Assembly (NCBI GenBank): GCA_964016885.1
Contig: OZ024742.1
Span: 273,916,001 to 273,980,000, forward strand
DNA: 64,000 bases
DNA from: Eledone cirrhosa
Lineage: Eukaryota
Direction of reading: 5' to 3'
Shown: positions 25,861 to 39,357 of the stretch, in pieces
Layout: each line of letters begins with the position of its first letter
Numbering within the stretch: position 1 is the stretch's first letter
The notes under the pieces: model-generated
Seen by the model: only the letters and a program-made list of their open reading frames with translations
What the model was told of the DNA's origin: nothing
Database searches by the model: none
Translations under genes and position numbers: made by a program

Positions 25861-27017
25861 AAATAGATTGTTATACCAAATTAAAACCTTTCTGAACCTG
25901 CATAAAGCCAGTAATGTCAACATAATTAGATGGCTTATAAATGCAAAAACTAAAATGAGCATAAACTATTGATCCACAATTAATTAATCTCTCATATAGT
26001 TTACATTAAAGTTCGTATACTTTATATGTATGCACTACCTTAGGTTTCGTGCTCAGTTATTGATACCATTGTATAGTGTAGTATAGTTTCTAAAGCTAGC
26101 CTCGCTCGTCAGGCGCAATGACAAATTTAAAGTAGAAGACCTTACTTTTCCATTAATATTCATTGTTCGTAAAGAGTTACATTGGAAAACGAATGGGGTA
26201 ATTCCCAACTTTAGGGAATAAAAAATTAACCAAACTATATGTACACAGATGGGAACATGTCATTAGCTTTTAGTCGATGAGTGTGTATATGTGTGTAACT
26301 TAAGTTGTATAGTTTTATAAGAAAAAAATAAAAGTAAGTTTTACTTTACAAATAAAGAACGTATAACGTAAATGGTTAGCTTTCGTATTGCCAGTGGAGA
26401 TAATACCCGTTGAGAATTCTGAAAAAAGTGCAAATGTGTTTTCATCGATATCTATATCCATACCAGAAGGCAGAGCATGCAGCTATGAATAGAAATGTAT
26501 GCGTTACCTTGTGTGTTAGCTAATTTTGTAAATCTTAAATCTACTATTTTGTAAATCTTATATCTACTCACTATAAAAAGTTTTCTAGTAAATACGCAAC
26601 AACTCAAATACTCAAATATACAAGGGTCCTCGTGATGTAATGTATACACTGTGTCTATGTGTATTTTTACGAATATAAGTGGCAGAAAGTAGTGTCTTGG
26701 ATGATTTTGATTCTGATGAGTGGTAACTTTGGCGTGTGTATTTCCAACTGGATAGGATGTGGCTTCAAGTTGCAGACAATGTCTAAAAACCCAAGTCTGA
26801 CAGAGTAAATACTTCTTTGGTGAGTATAATACTTGCAAAATGTTAATGTTTACACTGAGCCAGACTGTGCATACCTTATTTTCATTGAAGTATGATGTGG
26901 AAATTCTCTTGCGCCTTGCATGTTATATCATGGATATTTCTGCAATGAAATAGACTTATTCAAGATTTATAAACTTACTACTAAAGTTACACACATACAA
27001 TGCGCACTACATCGACA

Positions 27018-27119
<102 letters not shown>

Positions 27120-27132
27120 TTATCACATTTTG

Positions 27133-27192
27133 ATAATAATAATTGTTTCTGCTTTTGGCACAAGGCCAGCAATTATTCCAGTGTATTACTGA
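27133..27192 (-). mobile_element. SINE family A, 3' tail fragment
   Basis: Reverse complement CAGTAATACACTGGAATAATTGCTGGCCTTGTGCCAAAAGCAGAAACAATTATTATT. Confidence 0.8.
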
Positions 27193-27247
27193 TAATTCTG
27201 ATAATTCAAATGTATTACTGATACATTCTGATAATAATAATAATAAT

Positions 27248-27737
27248 TTACCACATTCTGAGAAGTGGTATGAGCATAAGCCAAAGACGGTGATGGAAAA
27301 CGATCAGGTGAAGGTGCTGTGGGATTTTAGGATACAGACGGACAAGAAACTGGAACACAATAGACCTGACCTGGTGATTTTGGACAAGGGAAAAATATCG
27401 TGCCTGATTGTGGATGTAGCCTGCCCATTCGACACGAGAGAGCAAGAGAAGGGGAGGGAGAAAATTAACCGATACCAGGACTTAAAGTGGGAGGTAAACA
27501 GGATTTGGAACTGCCATGATTGTCATAGGCGCACTAGGTACTATCTCAAATAGTTTCCAAGCATGGTTAAAGAAAATTGGTCCCGCCCCGCTTTTTGGAA
27601 CACTGCAAAAGGCATGCTTGCTGGGAACAGCAAGAACCCTTCGATGCGTCCTGAATATCTGAGGCTGCAGGTAGTGGCTTGATATTCACTTCTACTATAT
27701 TTCCAGTTAAATAACATCAATGACTGAGACTCAAAGA
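27248..27737 (+). mobile_element. R4-clade-like LINE 3' fragment (RLE domain + 3' UTR)
   Basis: KWYEHKP..VKVLWDFRIQTDKKLEHNRPDLVILD..IVDVACPFD..KINRYQDL, flanked by (AAT)n on both sides. Confidence 0.9.
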
Positions 27738-30700
27738 ACAATAATAATGGTTTCTTTATTGGTCACAAGGGCTGACACGAAGATAAACATTAGAGGCGGA
27801 ACAGACAGTACATGGCGATACAAAGTGGGTTTTGTTCGTGTAAACGGGTTATAAAAAAATTGGGCTAGAAATCCAAAAAAATTCAAACAATGAAAAATTC
27901 CCCAAGTAGGGGGAAACATTGGAGGGTCAGTCGTGGTGAAAACCACACAAAAGACCACGGCCACCATGACCACCAGGGCAAGCGCACTCTTTCACGTTTC
28001 CCAATCCTCAGACTACACGCGTATAATCACAGCGGGCCCGTTCACTCGGACCAGATTCGCCACTTTCACCCACTTTTGAACAAACTTACTAGAAGACAGC
28101 ACTTGCCTCCCCACCCTGATTTGCCTCTTCAAGTGAAACTTGAAAAAGTTAATTAGGGATTGGCCGGAGAGGAAAGTGGGCGCTTTCAACCCTTTCAATC
28201 TTGACCACCATACAATATCTTTCGCCATGGCTACCAGGTAGGTGAAAACTGCCTGCCCTTTCCCCTCTTTAAAGGAGGATGGAGTGGCTATCTGCACAAT
28301 GGACTTAGTCGATAACCGGATCCGTCCTACACGCGACAGCAGCTGTTCGACATAGCTCCACAAGTCAGCAATCCTCGGGCACTGAACGAGTGCGTGCAGG
28401 ACGCTTTCCTCGCCCTGCGCGCATCTCAGACAGGCTCGGCTGACAGCACTTCCGTACCTGTAGAGCTTATCCCGAACCGGCAACGCTCCCCGGTAGCACT
28501 GCCAGGCCAGGTATTGCTGGAAGTTGTCCATAGGCCCCGCGCTGAAAGTTCTCTTGAAGAGAGTGAGCATCTGATCGTCTTCGACCTCAAGGCTTTCCCC
28601 GAGGATGTCGTTTCTCTTTCCCTCAACAAGCCCTCTATAGAACGCCGAGGTGGATGTTCCACCGATACTAGTGCCCAGTTGGTAGAGGTCGGTGAGCGTT
28701 TGGAGACATTCCAGCTTCCAAGCGCTATCTCTCCGTCTTTTCCTGATCCAGGACTACAGTTCCGCCACGGAGACGAGCTGGGGAAAAGCGCGTCTCGCAA
28801 ACGCTGACCACACCTGTTCACCGTCAAGGAAGCACCGAGATGTCGCAGCCTCAGCGCATGTTTTCGCATCATCAGCCATGGCATGCCTAGTCCTCCACGC
28901 AACGGGTATTGACAGCAAATGGATCGTCTGACCATGTGAGCACGTCCCTTCCAGAAAAAGCGGAAGAAAAGGCACTCCATTTTGGTCAGAGTTGGGCGGT
29001 GGCAGTACGACGGTCAGGCGGTAGCAGATGACGGACGCTTTGTACGCATTCGCCACCTCCGCCCGACCTTTCAGAAACAGCCTCCTCAAGGCCCATTTCT
29101 CCTTGACAGAGGCCACCCTGCTAGTCACCTCGCTCCATTTTTCTCCATCTGGAGGACCGGACCTAACCAGACCCGAGAAATTTAAACGGTCTTTCCGTCC
29201 AGCGCCCCACGGCGCTGTTGGACGGCATGGACTTTCCTCTCCGGGTGCCGAGTTGCAGGCCCACAGACTTTCCCTGGTTTATATTTGCTCCTGTCACCGC
29301 TTCGTATTCCTTGAGATCGGTGCCAAGCAACTGTACGTGTTTGGTGCTCGACACCACGACGGTGACATCGTCCCCGTAAGCTGACACGGATCTCCCGCAT
29401 CACAGTTCGCGTGAGACCCCCTCATCGGCTCCAATATGTGCAGTAATGTCTCTAGGGCCAGTACGTACAAGAGGGATGAGAAGTGGTAACCCTGGCGGAC
29501 CGAGCGCATGATGCTGAAATGCTGCGACAGGTGACCATTCACCCTAACAATCGAGCAGATATCGATATCCATCGCAGCGATCCAGTCCCTAAAATCGGGC
29601 CCGAAACCGGCCGCCCTAGGACAGCAGCCAGGTACCGATGGTCGATCCTATCAAATGCTTTAGATTGATTCAAGTTGAGCAGGAACCCAACCGTGCCTTG
29701 TTCCTTAACCACCCTCTCTATGATGTATCGCATGAGATGGAGGTTGTCATGGATGGATCTGTCCGGGATGGCGCGTGTCTGCGCCTCTCCCACCAGATCA
29801 CCGACGATAAGCGCCGATTTCTTTGCAAACACCAACATTTTAAACTCTGCGTTTAGCGGAGTTAAAGAACTGAAGTTGTCTATAACGTCCCCTTTGTTCG
29901 GGTCTTTTCTCAGCAGCCCCACCGCTTCCCGGCTCACAAAACTGGGAGTGCTCCGGTTCTGCTGCCAGTTGCAGTAGACATCTGACAAGAGGTCGCCGCA
30001 CAACTCTGGCATATACGCATAAAGCTCGTAGGGCAAACCATCCAAACCTGGCGATTGACCCCTCGTTCAGTCAGACATCGCTTCCCGAATTTCACCTGCT
30101 GTTTTCGGCGTTTCGCAGAATTGCGCTGCAGTCGACGAGAGCCGCGGCAGTCCGTCGAGGTATGCACCGAAATCTATACTCCGATCTGGCCCGCCGCCGC
30201 TCCCGAACAATTGAGCAAAGTGCTGTTGAAAAGCCTCACAGATCTTCTCGGGTTCGATAACCATGCGCCCGTTTGATCAGGCTAAGACCGAATTGTGGAC
30301 TTATTGCCACATCGCGCCTGCAGCACCCGCGCCCATTGAACGACTTTCGTCTCCTCGTGTCTTAGAGCACGTGCTCTAGCTCTGACAACGCAGCCTTCAT
30401 GCTTTGCGTTGAGGAATTGGTCGAGTGCCAATCTCGCGGCAAGCACGTCGGTTGCGATGCTTGTCCTAAACGCTTCTTCTAGCTTTCTAACTAACTCTCC
30501 CTCTACTCTATTTTCCTTTATCACTACTCCTCTGCTAACCCTTATCGATTCTACTCTAATAGCCCTTTTCAGGGTAAACCACCAACTGTTTTTGAGGATC
30601 GCATCCGTCTCTGTAAGCTTTGCGCGCCGGGAACGACCCGTCCAGCTTCCAGTAGCCGGGCCCTTGCCTATGGAATCTATCTAAGTCAACTTCACAGATC

Positions 30701-33502
30701 ACAAATTTGTGGTCCGTGTAGTCGACTACTTCATTGTGGGCAACCTACACTAGCCTTATCTGTTTCCCTACAGAATACCCTATCTAAATATGATCTGGAT
30801 ATGATCTGGATGACCCGATGCTGTTTGCCCATGTCCACATTGGCACATTCGGATAATCCAGTCTATAACTGTCAGACAGTTCAAATCGTATGAGCAGGTT
30901 GTTGAGGCTTTTACTCCTTCCTTCCCTGTCTACTAGCCCCACATAATCCCAGCGTGCATTTAAGATACCGTTCCAGTCACCCACTAACACTAAAGTGCGG
31001 GACATTCAAAGAAAGGTCTCTAGACGTCTGAAGAAATCTGGACGTCCTGCCCTGTTGGGGCGTAGACAGCTACTTGCCTGAAAGCATTGCCTTCGCTGCC
31101 GGTCACGTCCAGCACCAACGACTTACCTGAACGGCTGGGAGATGCGTATACATCGTAGCCGCCGAAGATGGTTGCGAAGGCTCGTGCTTCGGACATTCTG
31201 GTCTCGCTGATGGCCACCACATCTATGTTTAGTGACCTGAGGTTGTTGACAGGGGACCCTGCTTCCAAGATGACCCCAGGCCACGTACGTTTATACTGCC
31301 TATTCTAAGTACGCCATGTTGATGAGAAACGGTGTAAGTGAGAAAGGATCACTTACCTTGATCGTGTGGTGAAGGGACAGTAGAACCCACATGGGTGTTT
31401 CCAAGAGGATATCGGTGTATATCATCTTGGTAACCGACCCTCTGAAGTCTCCAACTGCTTTGGAGAACTTCTGTTTTAAAAGTTTGTATTGTTCTATTGA
31501 GATTTCAATTATGCTTATGTTTGTCGGGAGAGTTCTTGGTGTTGGTGGGGTGTAGTAGTCTTTTTTCTGTGATGTCTGTTTGCTGCTTTATGTAATGTAG
31601 GAGTTCTTTATTTGCCATGTTTATGGCTGTGTACTTTTTGGGGGAAGAGGCGATTGTGTTGCTGTTTTCTTGTTGTTGATGTTGGGTGTGTGTGTTTTGT
31701 TGTTTTCGATGTTGATGTTTTTGGAGATGCTGGTGGTGGTGTGGTTTTTATTGGTGGTGATGCTTGTGGTAGTGATGATGATGGTGGTAGTGTTGCTGCA
31801 AGTCTCCTTGCAGCCTTTACTCCTCTTTGTCTGCCTTCGCTTTTGGAGGGTGAAGCTAAGGGTTTTTTGTTTTTTTGTTTTTTGTGGCACACCGTTTGTC
31901 ACATCCCTCCCGCCTCACACTCCATGCCCGACGCCGCGGCGTACCGGAGGGACATGAGCTCCACTGCTGTTGGTGGCGGTAGTGGAGCCTGCTCCGGCGT
32001 ATTTACCGCCGGCGTAGCTAGTGCGACTGTTGGTGTTGCCGCCACTGCTGCCGCTGCTTTAGTTGTCCATGGCCTTGGTATGGGTCCCACGGACGTTGCC
32101 ATCCTACTCACCATGGAAGGGTCTTCTGCCTCTGTTGCCTGCCCTGCACTTGGTAGCAGCGGATCAGGCGTCGGAAGGAGGGAAGGTGCCCTCCTCTTTG
32201 ATGTCTTCTGCCCGTAGAAGGCCCTGTGGTGACCCTTCTGCCCACCGAGATATCACTTTGAGCGCCTTCCTTCTACGCTTATAGGGAGTTGGAGCCCTTC
32301 TTCGAGGTCTATGATGTCTGGGATGGCGTCAATGCACTCCTCGTCAGTCTGTATTAGCATTTGCATGCCCATTCCTGACCAGTTCTCTCTTCCGAGTCTC
32401 TATATTTGCATTATGGTGGTCTTTTCCTCGATTCCAGCCAGTACAGACGCGGCCAGCCAAGTTATGGGCATGTCGGGCGGGACCCGGGTCCCTTAGACCG
32501 TCAGAATTTTCTTCCCGCAGTAGGAGGGCACCAAAACTATCTCCTCACTCGTTAGGGTTTCCAAAGAGTGAGACTTCGTCTCTTGGGGAGGGGGTGGTGG
32601 CGAAAAGTACGTCTACTATTTGCGCGCCCAGACGCACCCCAAGGCCTTTTAGATTTGAGCCAACGTGGCTCTCTCCATCTGATGTGACATTTTGCTTACG
32701 GTGCGGTAAGTCACTGTGCGCAGTTGCTGGTCTTTGAAGAAATTGGATGGAGGTTTCAGGGAAACTCTGTTGTCGTTTCTCGACACCATGGCTCTTGCGA
32801 CTGCCTTCTCCTCCTCCGTGACTAGCACTGTTTCTATATTTCGGCCACACCTGCGAAAGAAGTGAACCCTTTTCCAGGGGCACCATTATTGCTGTCGCTA
32901 TGGGGCTTGTTATTGGTGCTGTTGCTGTTGCTACTGCTACAAACGGTGTTGTTGGTGTTGTTGCTGTTATCACTGTTGTAGTTGGTTGTCTTTTGGTGCC
33001 ACCGTTGTTGTTGTTTTCGGTGCAATTTGTATTGTTGCTGTTGGTGTTGTCGTTGTTTATTTTCTTGTTAGTGGTGTTAATATCGTTGTTGTATTTGTTG
33101 TCATTTTTTTTCTTTTGTCTGTATTTTGGTTGACGCTGTTATTGTTGTAGTTTGTGTGGTAATTTTTTCAAAATTAGTGTTCACAGTGTTGTCTATGTTC
33201 ACGTTGTTTGTGGTGGTGTCTGTTGTTAAAAATGTTGTAACCCTCCTCTTAACTTTTACGTCGTTGTCAGACGACAGCGGACATATTGCTGGGCGGCGTG
33301 GCTCAGCCATGTTTTTTTATAAACATTTTTTTAAAAAGTAAAATGTTCAAATATTTGGGCCAGAAGGCCAAAATATTTTACTTTCCCCTTCACAGACAAA
33401 GTCTAAGGGCTTATATCAACAAGAAATATTTAACAACAAATAGTTTTAACAGGCAAATAAAGCGACTTACTGGGAGCGAGCAAAGAGCGTCCGAACAGAC
33501 AG
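27738..33502 (-). mobile_element. Full-length L1/Tx1-type LINE copy 1 (ORF1 ~33310-31349; APE-RT-ZnF ORF2 ~31317-28013), multiply frameshifted
   Basis: APE motifs NIDVVAISETR and LVGDWN, RT motifs QSKAFDRIDH, SVRQG and SAYGDDVT, C-terminal CxxC..H...C, AATAAA + (ATT)n tail, (ATT)n at the 5' junction. Confidence 0.95.
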
Positions 33503-36500
33503 ATAATAATAATAATAAAAATTCTTTATTTATTAACCACAAGGGTTTACACAAAGACATTAAGGACAATACAGGACAATACGGGACGGTACAAATGGGC
33601 ATTTCTGCTTGTGAAAAAAACAAAAACAGAGGATGTATAAAAAAAGAAACAATGAAACATTCCCCAATAGAGGGGGAGACTTCCGAGGGACATTCTTGGA
33701 GGAATCCCTTTTTAGCCACAGTGACCCTGACAAACAGGGTAAGTGCCGTCTCCCAAAGTCCCACCTTTAATTTACAAGCGCATACTCAGAGTAGGCCCAT
33801 TCACTCGGGCATTCTTGCCTCTCTCACCCATCTTTCAACGAAATGCTGCGAATAGAGCTCTTCCCTCTCTACCCTGATTTTCCTTTATAAATGAAATTTG
33901 AAAAAGTTAATCAGGGCATCACAGAAGTGGTGAGTGCTCCTCTTCAATCCTTTCAAACGCGTCCACCGTACTATCTCGTTCGCCATGTCTACCAAACAGA
34001 TAAAAACTGCCTGCCCTTCCCAGCTAAAGGAAGAGAGCGGGGCATTCCTCACGATGGACTCAGCTGATAGCCGGATCCGTCCTACATGCGACAGCAGGTG
34101 TTCGACATAAACCAACAAGTCAGCAATGCTCGAACACTGGACGAATGCGTGCAGGACGGTTTCGTCGCCCTGCACGCATCTCGGACATGCCCGCCTGACG
34201 GCACTTCCATGCCTTTAGAGATTATCCTGAACTGGCAAAGCTCCTCGGTAGCACTGCCAGGCCAGGGATTTCTAGATGTTATCCAAGGCCCCGGCCCTAA
34301 AGTTATTCCGAAGAGATTGGCGAGTTGATTTTCGTCGACGGCTAGAGTTTCCCCAAGTACGTCGTAGCTCTTCCCCTCCACTAATACTCTATAGAGTTTC
34401 CACCGAACACATTGCCCGAATGGTTGAGGGCTGTGAGCGCCTGAAGACATTCCAGTCTCCAAGCGCTCCCTCTCGGTCTTTGCTGGACCCATGACTGCAG
34501 CTCCGTCAAGGAGACAAGCTGGGGAAATAAGTGTCTAACAAACGGCGACCACACCTGATCACCGTCCAGGGAGAGGTGGACATGTCGTAGCCTGAGCGCG
34601 TGTCTACGCATCATCAGCCACGGCAAGCCCAGCCCTCCACGTAGCGGGTGTTGACAGCAGATGGACCGCCTGACCATCGGAGCGCGTCCATCCACAAAAA
34701 GCGAAAGAGCAAACGCTCCAGCGCAGTCAGGCGGGGCTTAGGACAAGGTACGACGGTCAGGACGTAGTAGATGACGGACGCGATATACGCGTTAGCCACC
34801 TCCGCTCGACCTTTCAGGGATAGCTTCCTCTCGGCACATTTCTGGATGAGAGACGTCACCCTGCTTGTCACCTCGTCCCAGTTTTTGTCCGTCTGGAGGT
34901 CCGGACCGAACCACACCCCGAGCAATTTTACCGGTCCGTCTGTCCAGCACCCGACGACGCTGTTGGACGGCATGGATCTGCGTCTCCAGGTTCCGAGCTG
35001 CAGGCCCACTGACTTTTCCTGGTTGATCATTGCTCCTGTGACCGCTTCGTATTCTCTTAGTGTAGTGCCGATCGCCTCGATGTGTTTGGCGTTCGACACC
35101 ACTACGGTGACATCGTCGGCATATGCTGACACGGATCTTCGGCATCGTAGTTCGCGCGGGACCCCGCTCAACGTCTCCAGTTTGTGCAGTAATGGCTCGA
35201 GAGTCAATACGTACAAGAAGGACGAGAGGGGACATCCTTGGCGGACCGAGCGCATGATGTTGAACGGTTACGAAAGGTGACCGTTCACTGTCACCACAGA
35301 GCAGATGTCGCTGTGCATGGCAGCGCTCCAGCCTCTGAAGACAGGCCCTCAGGACTGCCACTAGGTAACGATGGTCGACCCTATCGAAAGCTTTCGACTG
35401 ATCTAAATTGATCAAGGACCCACCCGTGCCAGGCTCCCTAGCTACCCTCTCTACGATGTAGCGCATGAGGTGGAGATTGTCGTGGATGGATCTGTCGGGA
35501 ATGGCGCGTGGCTGTGCCTCTCCCACCAGACCACCAACGACAAGCGCCAACCTCTTTGCTAGCACCTTTGCCAAAATCTTGAACTCTTTGTTTAGTAGAG
35601 TTATGGGCCTAAAATTATCTATGTTATGCCCCTTCTTCGAATCCTTTCTCAGCAGCGCCACAGCTCCTCGGCTCATAGAGCTGGGAATTCTCCCGTTATG
35701 TTGCCAGTTCCAGTAGATATCCGCCAAGAGGCCTCCGAACAAGTCTGGCATTTGTACGTAAAGTTCATATGGCAGACCATACAAACCAGGAGATTTACCC
35801 CTTGTGCAGCCAGTCGTTGACTCCCGTACTTCAGCGGCTGTTATCGGCTTTTCGCAACACTCCGCCTCAGTGGCCGAGAGCCGCGGCAGTCCGCCGAGGT
35901 AGACACTAAAGTCCATCCCTCGATCCGGCCCGCCGCTGCCCCCAAACAGCTGAGCGAGGTGTCGCTTAAAAGCTTCAAACATTTGCCCGGGATCGAGTAG
36001 CATGCACTCGTCGTGGTCCACCAAAACCGGATCGTGGCTTTGTTGCCACGACGAGCCTCTGCCTCTCTGGCCCATTGAACGGCTTTCGTCCCCTCATGTC
36101 TGAGAGCACGCACCCTAGCTTTGACAAAGCAGCCTTCGTGCTTTGCATTGAAGAATTGGTCAAGGGCCAATTTCGCCGCAAGAACATCGGTCGCGATGCC
36201 TTTGCTAAGCGCCTAGTCTAATTTTCTAACTCCTTCTCCCTCTGCTCTATTTTTCTCTATTGCTAAAGCCCTACTAAACCTAATGGACTCTATTCTAATT
36301 GCTCTTGTCAGAGCAAACCACCACTTGCTGCATACGATGGCTCCCGTCAACGCCCGCTTAACTAGTTCGCTAATCCGGTCTCTGTAGGCCTTGAGCGCTG
36401 GTAAGAACGCGTTTAGCTTCCAGTAGCCGTGTCCTCGTCTATGAAGCCTATCTAAGTCAAGCACACAGATCACGAATTTGTGGTCTGTGTAGCTGACTAT

Positions 36501-39304
36501 CTTGAATTGTGGACAGCCTATGCTAGACCTATCTATTTACCTACAACATACTCTATCTAGATATGATCTGGATGACCCTATGCGATTTGTCCAAGTCTAC
36601 ATTGGTACATTCGGGAAATCCAATCGGTACCTGACAGACAGTTCAAAACGCCTGAGCAGGTTGCTGAGTCTCTTGCTCCCTCCTCCCCTATCCGCTAATC
36701 ACACACAGTCCCAGCCGCCCCCTAACACTAAAGAGCGGGACGTTCCAAGAAAGGTCTTCAGACGCCGTAAGAAATCATGCAGCCCCGCTCCTGTCGGGGC
36801 ATAGACGGCCACTAGCCAGAAAGCTTGCCCGTCTCCGCTGGTCACGTCTAGCACCACCAACTTACCTTCTGGGTCCATGAAGATAGCCCGTACGGCGAGA
36901 TCCTCTCCGAAAAATCACAACAACTCCCCCCTCCCTGATCCCGGAGGGCTGGGAGATGCGTGCACATCGTAGCCGCCGAAGATTGGTGCGAAGGCCCGTG
37001 CTTCGGAGATTCTGGTCTCCCTGATGGACATTACTTCTATGTTTAGTGACCTGAGGTCGTTGACCTGGTGGCTCTGCTTCCATGACGACCCCAGGCCACG
37101 CGCATTCATGCTGCCTATTCTGAGTGAGGTCATGTTGAAATGGATTGGAAACGATGGGAAAGCCCACTTACCTTACTTCTTGTAGAGGAAGGATGGTTTC
37201 TCCATCCTTTTCACTGCTTGTGGCCTTCTCCGGAAGGATGTCCTTATAAATCCTCCTGGAGAGTGTTTGTCGGAATTCTCCGATGTCTTTGGGGAATTTT
37301 TTTTCAGTGTCGTGTACGTTTTCTGTGTGATGCGAGTGATTTGTACGTGTGGAGGTGGTGTGAACTTTTGGGTTGTTGTCTAGTCTTTTTCTGTGATGCT
37401 GGTGTTGTGTTGCATGTAGTGTAATAATTGGTTGTTGTTCAAATTTAATGCTGTGTAGTGTGTATCGTTTTGGTTGTTTTGTTTTGTTTGCGTTTGTTGT
37501 GGGTTTGTTTCTGTTTTACGCTTTTTGGTGACTTTTGTGGTGTTGGTGATGGTGGTGTTGGGGTTAAGGATGGTGATGGTGTTGCTGTTTGTGGTGATGG
37601 GGTTGGTGATGCTGGTGTGGATGGTAGCATATCTGTCCTAACTTTTTTGTTTGATAATTTATTTGTTTCCCTCTGTATTTTGTTTTTGGAGGGGGAAGGA
37701 AGAGAATGTTTTTCTTTTTTGGTTTCTTTTTTTCTTTTTTCCTGATACCGTTTCCCACTCCTCGTCGTCAAAATCTGTCTCCAGTTGTGATAGGCCGGGG
37801 AGTTGAAAATCCTCCACAGGTGTTGGTTTTGGTTGTGGCGTGGTGGATGGTGTAGGCGCTGGTGCTAGTTCTGGCGCGTTGGGTGGTGGTGGTGTTGGTT
37901 TTGCTACTGTTGCTGGGGTTGTTGCTGTTACAGTTGCTTCTGTTGTTGCTGCTACAGTGTTTGCAGCCATTGCTGCTGCTGCTGGTGTTGATGGTTGAGG
38001 CACTGGGGTGGGTAAGAGAGGTGGCTTCAACCTTTTAGCCTGAGGGCAGAAAGCCCTTAGGTGGGTTCCTTCACCACAAACGACACACCTAGGCCTTCTG
38101 CTCTCGACGATTACGGTGAGGTGGCTGCCGTCAGTGAGGTCTATTTCCTCTGAGATCTCCTCAATGCTTTTATGGTCCGCTTGGATCAGGAGCTCCATCC
38201 CGGATCTGGACCAGTTCTTCTGCTTTTCTTTCGCTATTTCGATTATCTTAGTGTTGGCCTCGATGCCGGCGAGGACGGCAGCCATTAGCTAGTGAATTTC
38301 GATGGCCGGTGGAACGTGGGTCACCCTGATATTCACAAGTCTCTGGCCACAATAGCTTGGGACGAGTGTGAAGTCGTCTCTTCTTAATGGGGCCATGGAG
38401 TCTTCTCTGGCCTCCTGTGGTATTTCAGAGAACACGTCCACGGTTCCATATTTCTGCTGACGTCTGATGTGTGTTTTTTTGGCCCACACATGTCCCAAAG
38501 CTTTTGGGATTTGGGACTCGGATGCCTCTTCCACTGGGCGCGATTTTATGTTAATTGTCCGATAAGACACGGTGCATAGGCGACGATGCTCCATTTTATT
38601 AGGTGGGGGTGAGGCTGACCCTGTACCCATCTTTCTTTACCATTCTTTTGGCTTCTGCTAATTCCTCCTGAGTTACCTGGATCGCTTCGTACGTTTTTGC
38701 TACTCTCGCAAAAGACAGGGTAGTTTTCTTAATTTCATTGTTGCTGTTGTTGTTATCGTTATTTTTGTTATTGTTAATTTTAATTTCAGTTGTCGTGGTG
38801 GTGGCGTCAGTGGTGTTCGGTGTGGAAGAGTTCAATTTGGTTTAATTAATTTCGATATCACGAGTTAATTTATTTTTTTCTTTTGTTTCTGTTTTCGCTG
38901 TGGTGGTGGTGGTTGGGGTTGTCGCTGTGGTGGTGGTGGTGCGGGTGGCGGCTTTAACACCTGCAGTCATTGGTAATGTCGGAAAATGAATGTCTGGTTG
39001 AGACAAATTTAAAATATTGCTACTGGTTATATCTTTAGCGTTGCCAAACGTAGTAATATTTAATATGGTGGTGTCGGTGTGAGGTGTTAGTTCGTGAGGA
39101 AGGAGTGACTGTGAGTCTTGCAAGATTTTTCAAAGAAATTTGTTTTGTTTGATAATTATAAAAAGTTTAAATTTTCGAAATCAATGTATGTGCACAGATA
39201 TACAGTTAACAATAAAAAATGTTCCATAAATGGCAATTTTAAACAACTGAAAATAACAAACCTTTGCGGAGCTCACGATGATACCATTTACTACGTAGGT
39301 CACC
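33503..39304 (-). mobile_element. Full-length L1/Tx1-type LINE copy 2 (ORF1 ~39120-37168; ORF2 37133-33772), decayed
   Basis: ORF1 Zn knuckle CVVCGEGTHLRAFC plus a Pro/Thr-rich linker. ORF2 has MTSLRIGSMNARGL, DQSKAFDRVDH, SVRQGCPLSS and SAYADDVT. (ATT)n at both ends. Confidence 0.95.

Positions 39305-39357
<53 letters not shown>

Noticed and set aside
26690-26825. Possible exon ending in G|GTGAGT, also containing CTGATGA
   Set aside because: The best reading frame stops before the donor, and no GAAA or stems complete a hammerhead.
39265-39304. 5' end of Tx1 copy 2 resembles a tRNA D arm (GTAGTAAATGGTATCATC)
   Set aside because: No B box or cloverleaf follows, and the other two copies lack it.
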